Source: Camelus ferus (taxonomy: Eukaryota). Taken from it: DNA of 64,000 nucleotides. Positions 23,953 through 35,920 of the stretch are shown in pieces. Where the stretch lies: positions 24,554,001 through 24,618,000 of the forward strand of contig NC_045696.1 in the NCBI RefSeq assembly GCF_009834535.1, given 5' to 3'. The translations under genes were made by a program, and so were the position numbers. Positions within the stretch are counted from its first letter, which is position 1. Each line of letters starts with the position of its first letter. The notes beneath the pieces are model-generated. The model did not search any database and was not told the DNA's origin. It was given only the letters and a program-made list of their open reading frames with translations.

Positions 23953-24965
23953 AAGGCCAATCTTTCATTTCTTGGAATATGAAAAGAATGATGAGAGGAG
24001 CCAAGAAGCAGTATTTCACACCTGTGGGAATTCAAGTCCCACTCAGTCTTCTCTACGTCTCCTTGACAGAGGGATTCTCCCTCACCTGTGCTGGACAGTG
24101 AGTCACAGAAAGGCCTTAAAGCACGTTTAGGCTTCCCAAGCTTGTTGTGGCCAGAGGTGTGATGGCTTAAGCCTAGCAACAAACTTCTACAGTTTCCAAA
24201 TTGGTACCTTCTCAAGGTGATACTGAATGGATTCTATTCACCTGCTGATTGTCAGCAGAGGAGATGACCTTTGCTGGCTGAAATAAAGAAGTTGGCTGTG
24301 CGTGAACCTCATGACATACTTACTGACTGCACTAAGAGCTAGGGAAAAAATACATATTTTTCCCCTAAGTATTTATCATCTCATAGGGAAAGTTTCTTTT
24401 CTCTTTCAAAGGAAAAGTGTTAGTTTCCTAAAATACCATTACCACAAAGATGAGTTAATAAGTTTAAGTCATGCTGTAATATTTAGAGAATTATAGGGCC
24501 AGTGTTTTAGTGGAAATGGGACCAATATAACTTCTTTCAGTAGGTAAGCAGACATTTCACATCAATGAATGCTTTGCAGGAATGCTCACAGGCTCAGAAT
24601 TAGAAGTCCTAGAATCAGGAGGTGAGTTGACAGAAGAGGAAATTCAGTTTCCCACATGCATAAAAGCAGGATAAGTACTTCACAGGAAAGCTTTAGGGTA
24701 AAAAGTTACATTAAAAGCTGTTCAGCCTTGGGAAAGAATGTTATATAAATCGATAATAGATCATTATCATCATTAGGAAGGTATGTTGACATATCTCATA
24801 GATTTCTCCATAAAGGAGAAAGAATTTTTTGAAAGTGGTTTATAGTCTGTGTGTTTCAAAATTTTTGCAAGATTTTGTTTTTGATAATGTCTAGTTAAAC
24901 ATGTATTCTGCCTGCCATAATCTCTTTTGGTTTTGAGCGGTATGAATTCTGAGATTTGAGGGTCC

Positions 24966-25101
24966 CAATCATTAAAATCAGAAATAAAAAGGAAGTTACA
25001 ACCAATCCCACAGAAATACAAAGGATCATTACAGGCTACGATGAGCAACTATACACCAATAAAATGGACAACCTAGAAGAAATGGACAGATTCTTAGAAA
25101 G
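24966..25101 (+). mobile_element. Isolated internal LINE-1 ORF2 fragment
   Basis: Translates KIRNKKEVTTNPTEIQRIITGYDEQLYTNKMDNLEEMDRFLE, typical of L1 ORF2p between the endonuclease and RT domains. Confidence 0.9.
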
Positions 25102-25159
25102 GATCCTGGTACTTGCTAATCAAAGGAAATAGCCTAAATTTTGCAAACTTATAGAGTTG

Positions 25160-25545
25160 AATGATTCATCCATTCAATAAACACTTCCTGAGCCTCTCTG
25201 TGCCAAGAGCTATGCTAGTGCTAACAACAGGCTGGGCCAATGTCTTCTAGTAACCAAAACAAACAGACAAATAAAAGCAGTAAAAACAATCAAGCCTATG
25301 TGTACTTAGCTGGAGAAGGCTCTCTGTGGAGGTGACATGGAGGCTGATGCCTTAAGGATGACAAAGGGCCAGTCATGTGAAAAGTGAAGGGAAGAACACT
25401 TCAAATGAAAGAGAGGGCTTGACCAAAACCCAAGACAGAAAAGAACTGAACGGTGTCCAAGCACAGAGACAAGACCAGCATGACTGAATCAGAGAAAGAA
25501 AAGGAGGAGAGTGGCACACGCAGGCAAAGGCCAGAGATGTTCATG
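25160..25545 (-). mobile_element. LINE-2 fragment
   Basis: attcatccattcaataaacacttcctgagcctctctgtgccaag...gaaggctctctgtggaggtgacat. Confidence 0.7.
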
Positions 25546-25859
25546 GGAAGGAGTGCGGGGTTGGTTTTACATGAATGCTTATCACCAAACCTAAGTGAAA
25601 GCAGAACTGAATTCTTCTGTAGAAATTTCCCCCGGTTGGTGGCTAGGGAGAAACAGTATATTCAAATATCATTATAGCATGTGACAATGAAAGAACACCA
25701 GGTTAAACTAGTCACGACATACGTACAGGCTTTGGAAATCAAAGGCTGAACGTGTTACCACGAAGATGGGTCACACTGTGACCACAACCTAGAATAAAAG
25801 TGGGGCTTGAAAGCCTAGTCATCTCATGCTTTCCTACCTTTGTATTTGAAGGAGAGGAT

Positions 25860-26050
25860 GAAATTAGCATTTGCTAACACCTTTTCTGTGTCAGGAATTT
25901 TACATATATCGTTTGATTTAATTCCAACAAAATCTCAGGAGGAAATATTAATTTCCCCTTTTACCAATGAGGAAATTGAAAGTTGGAGAGGCCAAATGTT
26001 GGGCTTGGGTTTATACAGTTTGACTGAACTCAAACCTACGTCAGTCCTCC
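25860..26050 (-). mobile_element. MIR SINE
   Basis: ttttacatatatcgtttgatttaattccaacaaaatctcagg...ccccttttaccaatgaggaaattga. Confidence 0.7.
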
Positions 26051-26687
26051 AAAGTCCACAGGTTCTCATCACATCACAGGGCCTCCAAGGATCAGTGACA
26101 TGGGGAAATGTGAGCCCCAAGTCAGGCTTGCTCAGCGGAGGACTAGTAACCAGAGTGTATCACTGAGGCAGGGCTCCTTCAGGGGGCTGGAATCCCCTGC
26201 CTTTGAAAATAAAACAGGGAATCCTATTTCTCTCCAAATAGATGTTACGTTTCAATTAATCAAATAGTTTCTTTTGAGCTGCTGGGCACAGATTTAACTT
26301 GGCTATTTAGTTCCCTATACTACTTGGTTGACAAAGGAAAACAAACTTTTTTTTCATTTCTCACAAACACAGATGCAAAAGTTATGGAAAGTTTTCTTAT
26401 TCAAGAAAATAGAATTGAGTTGTGGGTAACATACTTGTAAAATCCCGTAAACGAGTACTTGGTTTCTCCCTTCCCAGAAATGACAAATACAGATGCTTTA
26501 AAGTGAGAATGCAGGAGGGTTTCTGAGGATCTGAGCCTCGCTGTGGCTTCACACTTTGTGTGGAAACCTCAGTTTGTGTGTGTTGGGTTGCGGAGGGCAA
26601 TGTGGACCTATTTACAACATACTCAGCCTCCTAAGTTCTTCCGTTACTCTTTGTATTAAAAGGTAAAGATGGAATTCCACCTAAATG

Positions 26688-26783
26688 AACACATACATAC
26701 ATACATACACAAACACACATGAATATATACATATAAATATATACACATATATGCATATATATGTGATGTGTGTGTATATATAC
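26688..26783. repeat. Low-complexity (TA/CA/TG)n tract
   Basis: acatacatacatacatacac...atatatacacatatatgcatatatatgtg. Confidence 0.8.
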
Positions 26784-27296
26784 AACAATGTGAAATTTGA
26801 TTTTGCTATGGTAGACATTTTTACATTAAAAACATCCACCACAACTATATTCTATTCTTTTGTAATTAAACTGATACACAATTAAAGAATTTCACCTTAT
26901 AGTCAAAGTTGAAGGGATGAAGGTCACATTAGGGGGTCTGGCTCTGCAGTTATTCTCTCTTACAGCTTCACAGTGTTAGCATGGTTTCAAATGTTAAGGT
27001 CTGAATACTAATCTGGCCACTCTTCAATCTGCTATAAATGTTTCTGATGAGTGAAGGTAGAAAAGAAATAGAAAGAATTTTTTATTTCCTGTTTAAGAAT
27101 AGCTTTCTGAGGAAAGGAAACTCATATATATCTTTCCAGGAATATTTTATTAATTATATGTGTCTTCATTAGACAAAGACAGGAAGTCATGGTCTATTGG
27201 TCAGTGTAGTCTACCTTCCTCTTGTGCTTCTGGGGAAAGAAGTATAAATTAAGCAGGGGATTCTTTTATAGCTTTAGAAGTATTTTAAAGCCTACA

Positions 27297-29193
27297 TTTT
27301 TTAATTGAAAGATTCTTTAAATTCTATAGTTTACAGTTTTCAAAAGTTTCATATCCATAATTTCATAACAACCTTTTTAATCCCCCTATTTTTATATTGC
27401 CCCTTCCCTTTTCCCTCTCCCCACTGGTAACCACTAGTTTATTCTCTGTATCTGTGAATCTGCTTCTTTCTTGTTATATTCACTAGTTTGTTGTGTGTTT
27501 TTAGATTGCACATATAAGTGATATCATACAGTATTTGTCTTTCTCTATCTGATTTATTTCACTTTGCATCATGCCCTCCAAATCTGCCCTTGCTGCTGCA
27601 AATGGAAAATTTTCATTCTTTTTATGGCTGAGTAATATTCCATTGGTATATATACCACATCTTTAGGCATTCATCTGTTGATGGACACTTAGGTTGCTTC
27701 CATACCTTGGTGATTGTAAATAATGCTGTTATGAACACTGGGGTACATATATCTTTTCAAATCAGTTTTTTTCCCCATATATATACCCAGGAATGGAATT
27801 GCTGGGACATACTTTAGTTTTTTGAGAAACTTCCACACTGTTTTCCACAGTGACTACATCAATTTACATTACCATCAACAGTATACAAGGGTTCCTTTTT
27901 TTTCATATCCTTGCCAACCTTTGTTATTTGTGTTCTTTTTCATGATAGCCATTCTGACAGGTGTGAAAATCTCACTGTGATTTTGACTTGCATTTCCGTG
28001 ATCATTAGTTATGTTGAGCATCTTTTCATGTGCCTATTGGCCATCCACATTTCTACTTTGGAAAAATGTCTATTCAGTTCTTCTGCCCATTTTTTAATCT
28101 TTTTTTTTATATTGAGTTGTATGAGCTGTTTATAAATTTTGGATATTAACCCCTTATAGGTCATATCAATTGCAAATACCTTCTCCCATTCAGTAGGTTG
28201 TCTTTTCATTTTGTTGATGTTTTCCTTTGCATGTTCAAAAGTTTTTAAGGTCCCATTTGTTTATTCTTGCTTTTGTTTTCTTTACTGTAGGAGATGGATC
28301 CAAAAAATATTGCTATGATTTATGTCAAAGAGTGTTTTGCCTGTGTTTTCCTCTAGGAGTTATATGGTTTCTGGTCTTACATTTAGGTCTTTATCCATTT
28401 TGAGTTTATTTTTGTATATGGTGTTAGAAAACATTCTAATTTCATTCTTTTACAAGCAGCTGTCCAGTTTTCCCAGCACCGCTTATTGAGGAGACTGCCT
28501 TTTCTCCATTGTATATTCTTGTCCCCTTTGTTGAAGATTAATTGACAATAAGTGTGTGGGTTTATCTCTAGCCTCTCTATTTTGATCCATTGACATATGT
28601 GTTTGTTTTGTGCCAGTACCATCCTATTTTTATTACTGTAGCTTTGTAGTACAGTCTGAAGCCAGGGAGTGTGATTCTTCCAGCTCTGCTCTTCTTTCTC
28701 AAGATTGTTTTGGCTATTTGGGGTCTTTTGTGTTTCCATACAAATGTTTTCATTATTCATTCCAGTTCTGTGAAAAATACCATTGGTATTTTCATAGAGA
28801 TTGCATTGAATCGTGCCTTGGGTAGTATGGTCATTTTAATTATATTAATTCTTCCAATCCAAGAACACAGTATGCCTTACCATCTGTTTGCGTTGTCTTC
28901 AATTTCTTTCATAAGTGTCTTATAGTTTTCTGAGTATGGGTCTTTTACCTCCATAGGTAGGTTTATTCCTAGGTATTTTATCCTTTTTGATGTGATGGTA
29001 AATGGGATTGTTTCCTTAATTTTTCTTTCTTATAGTTCATTTTTAGTGTATGGAAATGCAACAGATTTCTGTTTATTAATTTTGTATTCTGCAATTTTAC
29101 CAAATTCATTGATGAGCTCTAGTAGTTTTCTGGTGGTATCTTTAGGATTTTCTATGTATAGTATCATGCCATCTGCACACAGTGACAGTTTTA
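27297..29193 (-). mobile_element. 5'-truncated LINE-1 (3' UTR plus ORF2 C-terminal part), degenerate
   Basis: Minus-strand ORF pieces [13 protein letters not shown]...[12 protein letters not shown] and [34 protein letters not shown] are L1 ORF2p; stops and frameshifts present. Confidence 0.95.
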
Positions 29194-29607
29194 TCTAGGA
29201 AGACATAAATTTCAAATGTGTGAGTGTTTATAACTACAGGTATGGTGTATGAACTTAAATGCTCAAAATAAATCAGTTGATAAATTTGTTGGGGGCATTA
29301 ATTTGGGATATATTACAGAGAACCAACCAAAAAAAAATAAATAAATAAAAGAGAGGTAATTACGAACTCCAAAAATGAACAACAAAGGAAACACAAGGCA
29401 CTAAATACAATTTGACTTATCCATGAACAATATTTATAAAATAATAACTAATGACTTAACTAAATAATTATAAGGGATTTGGGGGGTGAAAAGAGTACAA
29501 AATCCTCAAGGACAAAAAAAGGAAATCAATAGAAAGGATAAATTTGGAAGTTTGAGATTTGCAAATGTTAGTCATTGTACATAAAAGTAGATTAAAGAAT
29601 CCCAAAT

Positions 29608-29772
29608 TTCTTCTGTATAGCACAGGGAACTATATTCACTATCTTGTAATAACCTTTAATAAAAAAAGAATATGAAAATGAATTATATATGTATATGCAT
29701 GACTGGGACATTGTGCTGTATACCAGTAATTGACACATTGTAACTGGCTATACTTCAATTAAAAAAAAAGAA
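29608..29772 (+). mobile_element. Short 3'-terminal LINE-1 fragment with poly-A
   Basis: ctgtatagcacagggaactatattcactatcttgtaataacc...ttgtaactggctatacttcaattaaaaaaaaa. Confidence 0.85.
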
Positions 29773-30584
29773 AGTATGGGCCTATCATGTAGAAAAATGA
29801 ATCTAATCAATGAGAAAAATAGTTTTAGTATTGGAGGGCTAAAAAAAAAATTGAAATAGGAAGTCTGGGAATAGAAAAGGATATGATAGGGAGATTCTGT
29901 TTTTTAAATTTTTAGGGTAAGAAGCATAATTTTTACAAAATAGTGAAATGATTTAGAAGTGTAAAAGGAAAACATATTATAGAAATGTAAAAATTATGAC
30001 CATAATTTGGATGTGACATTTGAGGCAAGCAAAAACTGGTAGGGTTAAAAGTCAAAGGTTAAGAGAATAATAAATACTTTTTAGAAACAAAAATTGGGGA
30101 GCTATAGCTCCATATCAAAGAAGAAATAGATATGCTTATGGTAGTAACTTTAGAGATAGTAATTCATAAATGGGTACTTTATCAACAGCCATCAGCAGGG
30201 AACTTCGGATCCTAGGGAATTTCGTAACGTGGACAAGTCTAATCTGAGCTCCTATTCTGATTTCTGTAAGTGTGAAATTAGAGAAAATGATTTTAAAGAT
30301 AGCATTGTGGGGCTCTTGACTCTTCTTAGAGTCACAACAAGGTAGCTTGGGTTGGAGAAGGAAACTGAAGTGGTAGCAGGTTTGTCCATGAGGTACAGAC
30401 TCAATTAAAGAAGAGGGTTCTAGATTGGTTGCACATTTAGTGGTTTCCAATTTTCATACACACTTAATGAACTTAATGATTTAACCAGTAACTCAGCATT
30501 ATCCTCTCCCCAGCCCTTACCATTGCTGACCTCAGCCTCCAAATAAATCACTCCCATTTTATGTCAGTTCTTTAAGCATAACTA

Positions 30585-30815
30585 TGATACAGAGCGATAT
30601 TTATGAGCTGAGATTTGGGATTGACTCCACCACTTCCTAGCTGTACAACTGGACACATTACCTAACCTCACCTGAAAGTTGTTTGAGGATGATAATGTTA
30701 GGATAAGCTCTTGGAGATTTTTTGAAGATTACATGGGAAATATGTATAAAGCACATAGCACAATACCAGGCATATAATAAGCACTCAAAAATGAGAGTCA
30801 TCATTATTATTATTA
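30585..30815 (+). mobile_element. MIR SINE
   Basis: ctccaccacttcctagctgt...gtataaagcacatagcacaataccaggcatataataagcactcaa. Confidence 0.7.
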
Positions 30816-33800
30816 ACTTTGAGAATAAGATTACTTCATGAATATTAAACTTTTAATCATAAGCATATTAAATTTTATTTTATCATTACTTATTGTAGCA
30901 ACCACTTATAAAGTTATTATTGAAATAATCTGAATAATTTGCATATATTTTAAACTTAATCAGATTTCTCTAATTGTTTTAGTCACTGATGAACTGGTAC
31001 TCCTCATTTTTTGGTTACTAAGTCTTCTCATATTGTTTTCAAACATCTTGCCATGCATAGATGTAATCTAAGATGTTCTTTGTCTCTTTCAAACAGTTTC
31101 TTCCTGTATGATTCTCTAGGCTCACCATTCATCTTAGACCACTTGTCCTTTTTATTTATTTTAATTCTCTATTTCCTCTACAAAAAAAAGATAATGAGAT
31201 GATGCGTTACATTCACTCTTTAGAAATTTAAAATAAGAAATAATGTCAAAGGACCAGGTTCTCTCCCAAGAGGCTACCCAAGATATCTAGGGTCTGACCA
31301 GCAGCTCTCCTCTCTCAGAAGCATAATGTTTTGAGAACCCTAGGGATGGGTCCTTTTTAGGATACACACTAATTAACCACCATGGCATTAAAAAAATTTA
31401 TAGTGAGAACCAGCAATAGCAGGGTTCCAGGCTTAGGCCTACCCAAGAAGCCCAATTGTGATTAGAATGTTACTCACAAAGCTGAAAATCAAAATAAAGA
31501 GAAGTAAGTAGTTAGACAATGTTGTTTACTGAAATCCAGCTAAAATTGTTTCAAGCATCTGTCTCCACATGATAGATTGATTATCTTGTCAGGAGAATTA
31601 AGATACTCAAAGTTCACTGAAGCTCTCTTTTTTGAACCCAGTAGCTTAAGTGGATACTATCAATATTTGCCTCTGTTGCTCTCCTTTTTCTGTGGGAAGC
31701 AAAATGTATTCAGATCCCCCATTTCCCACCACAACTTTTCTAAGTGTTTTGGGAATCACCCCTATCACTGTTAATGAATGTGTGAGAACTCTGCAATAAC
31801 ACTCCGGCAAGGGACCATATCACAGTAAGAAGCTGATCAGTGAAATGTTAATTTCTTACGTAGACTTGATACAGCTTCCTGGAAGAACTTGATATAGGTT
31901 CCTTGTGGTAGATATGCTCAATTTCAGCCCTTGTTTGTAAAAACAAACTTCAGTAGCTCCCATCTTCTTCATATTCCCTGTCAGTAGGATCAGAATTCTC
32001 TCTTTGCCCAATCTTCTCTAAATTTGAGCTCCTCACTCCCGAAAGCAGGTCACTGAGCAAAGCAGAAAAGAAATTGCGAGGCTTTTCAATTAGTAAGACA
32101 CAAGAAGGGATTTCAAGAGCTTGAGGAAGGGGGCGGTTCCCTTACAGAAAAGGATTGGTAAGTAGGGATTCCAGAGACAGAGAATGGGTAAATGACTTCA
32201 GAGGGCTAGGAAAAGTAAGAGATTCATAGCAAAGCCACCATCTCCCCATTTCCTTCACTCTACCATAGGCTTGGAGGAATATACATCCCGCTATTTCTCT
32301 GTAAACACTCAAATCTAAATAAGGAGGTATTTTATCCAGCATATAGTGAGAATAAGCTAGCCATCTAGAGGAGGGCACACAACCGATATGTTACCTATGG
32401 CTTTTTGGCTTCGAAACTACCATCTGAATTACTAAGTAAACTTCATCTGATCCCAGTGTATATTTGCTTCAAGAAATCTGCAGTAGGATTAGGATTATTC
32501 CAGAAAGCCATAAGTAGGCAAAAGCACAGCACCCCAAATGGACTTCCTTTTATAGATTTCCCTTCCCCATTCTATAGAGAGAAGCCTGCTCTGAGGGGTT
32601 GGAAAGAAGAGAGGAATTATCAAGGTTAATTTACTTTTAGATTGACTCCTTCTTTTCTTTAAGTGACTAAATTTTGTAGATCTGAAAGGCATATATCCAT
32701 TTTTTCCTATAAGATTATTAGTCTATCTTACATTAAATGCTAATTTCAGAATTTTACTCTGTCACAATTGTAATTCCCTTATCTTTCAAGTTCTTGGAAA
32801 GTGACTTCTTGTCATCTTCTTTCAAAGTGCATGTGAGGCATAGTCAGCAATGTTTCAGGTTATAGTTACTGAAACACCTGTTGGTCATGGTTGCTCCAGT
32901 AATACACAGAGGCAGGAGATGTACTGTGACCCAGTTCATATGTTAAGAGGTGTAAATATTGGCAATGTTGGGATTCTAGTTTCATTTCTAAAGATTTGGT
33001 TTGAAAATCCCCCATCCTTTGAACAAATGTGTCTTGAAATAAATTAAAGTATAGACTAGGTTTAACCCAAGCATTACTATCTAAATTTATTCTTGAACTT
33101 GATGGCAGGAAGCAAAGAGATATAGATGCAGGTCATCATGTAATCCAGGTATCTGAATTAAAGACATCAGGTAGCGTTTTCTCACACCTATACTTTTTTG
33201 ATACCTACAATTTGAACTTCATTATTCATGTTGTAGCAATCTTCCAATAAATACTTATTGGGCTGCTGAAACCACTCTTTGATGTCACGTTTTACTTTCT
33301 CAGAAAACACACCCCAATAGCTGTCATTTGTTTGCAATATCTAAATGTTGACTTACCCACTATGACGCAGAAGTTGTAACCAATACATATGCCACAAAGC
33401 CCCACGTTTTTCACCCCGCCTGGGTTAAGACTATTAAGGTTATGTGTGAAAACGAAACACCGAGACTGCTCTTTTGCAATTTTCCTGTTTCAGAACACGT
33501 CTTAAGCAACATATGGCTTAGTGGTACCATCATGATAGGGAATTTGTGTGCTCAGTACAGACTCTACCTCAGCCCTGTTTTATATACCTTTGACTCTTGA
33601 ATTTGATGGATCACTCTGGTTCTCTCATCAAATATCTTGATGGTCTCCGAATTCCACAAAATAGGAAATAATTGTTCAAAATATTTGCTACTGTGTCACC
33701 TGAGATTTTTGGTGGACCAAGGAGTTTAAAAAAGATTGTAATAGGACCTCAAATGTCCTATCTGTCTTTTAATCTCCAGAAAATATTTTCCTTGAATAAA

Positions 33801-35559
33801 AGAGAAGGTTAGAAAATTGCTTCTCTCATCAGTATTTCTGAAGGAAAAAAAAATCCAGGTTCAAACTGCTTGAGTGTTAACACTTTTTAAAACTGCATAT
33901 AGTCCAACTCTGGTCGCCATGAATGTGAGTGTTCTCTATTCTTTAGTTAGCATTGTAGAAATATAATCTGTAGCAAACATCATCCCAAACATAAGTATTT
34001 GAAATTCTCTGCCTCTTTAAGATCCATGAACATTTCTTGACATAAAACATTACGTAAATAAGTACAGTCTTTATTGGTATTTCCTTTTATTCTCACCAAC
34101 ACATGAACGTGTAGTAAGGGCATTATCACGCCCAGGTTATTGACTAAACTCCACAACTGAGTTAAACTTCTATTCACAGATGAAGGAAAGGGGGCACAGA
34201 GGTTGCAAATCCTTCAGTTAAGAAATATATTTTTTCATGACTTTCAATCACTGAAGAAATGAAAAAAAATTTTTACTTAGACCACTGCCTTAACTTAAGC
34301 CCAAACAGAAAGTTCGAAAGAAAGTGTACTTCTAGGGAATTATCCACCCTCAAAGTTCTAAGGTTTTTCAATGTTACCCTTTGTGTCATTATTTTGAAAA
34401 TATCAGCCTAATAATTCTTAAAAATATAATTCTGCTCTTAATATCTAGTAGAAGAAACATAGTCACCATAATCTTGACAAGCGTATTTCTTTAATGATGC
34501 TACAGAATATAAACAATTTTTTTAGCTAGTCAAGAGACTTGATATATTGTCAGACAGCACACAGCAGACACTCAATTTAATATTTGTTAAATGAATTAGT
34601 GAAATTTGAACATTAGAACTGAGCCTCAGGGAGGAGAGGCTTACAGGTAGGAGGGAAGACTGAGAAATACAGTCAGGTGATTTGTTACCTAGAAGAGCTG
34701 CTCATTAAGAATGTGACACCACTGCTTTTCAACCCAGGGGCTTTATAAACAAAATCTAGGTTGATTTCCTTAACAAGCCAGTTTTAATAGAAGTGGAGTT
34801 TCAGATATTTTGCAAGTGTCCCTTTGGTAAGTCCCTAGTTAACAAGAAAGCTCGAACTCCTTGCTTTTACTTCATGGGTGTTTTGATTTTGACATTATAG
34901 TAAAAATGTTAAACCCTTTAGTTTGATGGGGAAAGTCTTTCTAAACAATATTAGCTCTTTTCCAGGACTTGGGATGCGTCATTTGAAGGTACCATTGATC
35001 CACTGGATCATCACTCTGTTAGTACTTATCAGCATATGGCAATGAAGTTTGTAGCAGAAAGACATCTGGTTAATTGAAGAGTCTGTTTAACTGATTTCCA
35101 TATTAATCGGGACTTTATAACATAGTCATGTGTCTAAAAAGTAACAATATGCATAATCATTTACTTTTGGAGTCACATTCCTATTTATATGAATTTCATC
35201 CATACTCTATTTTTAAATGTGCATGCATGCTTAAATAGGATTATTGTTGGTTAAAGTCTAGTTTATTTCCTCTTCTAATAAAGTTTACATGGAAATGTAA
35301 AATTGACTACTCTGAGTATGTTCTTCATTTTTCTAAAACTTAAGCTCACATCTCAAGTTTTATTTCATTTATTGGCTTAGATGTTTTCTTCCCTTTTCCC
35401 AAAGAAAGTGTTACAGATTTTTATATTTGTATAAACCAAAAAAAAAGTTTTATTTTAAAATCCTCACGGCCCTTATGCTAATTGCAGTCATGTCAAAGTG
35501 TGGGATTTAGGAATCTACCTCTTAGGATATAGCAGGAACAGAACATTAAAGAGTTACGA

Positions 35560-35763
35560 GGGAACTACTGTACAAAAAGAAAAAAAAAACCCCAAACTTC
35601 ACACATGTAGATGTGAAGTCATATCCGGACCAAAAGAGGAAGTGGCAGGTTACTGGGCTCAAACTTATCTGTGGCTGCACATCATAGACAGCATACTGCT
35701 GCCTGCCGTCGTCGTTTCTGTAACAACAGAAAGTGCTCCTGCTTGGAGTAGTCTCAATTCAAA
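35560..35763 (+). promoter_or_regulatory. SAMSN1: Promoter and 5' UTR of the short (haematopoietic) SAMSN1 isoform
   Basis: Immediately upstream of the ATG. PU.1/ETS consensus AAAAGAGGAAGTG at 35632-35644, GATA site CTTATCT at 35664-35670, E-box CACATG at 35602-35607; no TATA box or CpG island; TSS cannot be determined. Confidence 0.7.
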
Positions 35764-35820
35764 ATGCTGAAGAGAAAGCCATCCAATGTTTCAGAGAAGG
35801 AGAAACATCAAAAACCAAAG
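35764..35820 (+). CDS. SAMSN1: SAMSN1 (HACS1/SLy2) exon 1 coding part
   Basis: ATG in context AAAATGC; encodes MLKRKPSNVSEKEKHQKPK, matching the recalled human SAMSN1 N-terminus; donor AAG|GTAAGG at 35821; phase 0. Confidence 0.96.
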
Positions 35821-35868
35821 GTAAGGTAATTTCATACACAGTCAAACAAAACCAAACTATTTAATAGA

Positions 35869-35870
<2 letters not shown>

Positions 35871-35914
<44 letters not shown>

Positions 35915-35920
35915 ACACAC
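35871..35920. repeat. (CA)n microsatellite near the start of intron 1
   Basis: About 25 CA units with one CT interruption. Confidence 0.97.

Noticed and set aside
22916..24215. Several overlapping ORFs of about 70-120 aa
   Set aside because: Lie largely in MLT1 and L2 repeats; no splice or homology support
27911..29198. Cluster of ORFs as functional genes (also 51126-52805 and 60310-61267)
   Set aside because: Broken L1 ORF2 remnants and their antisense frames
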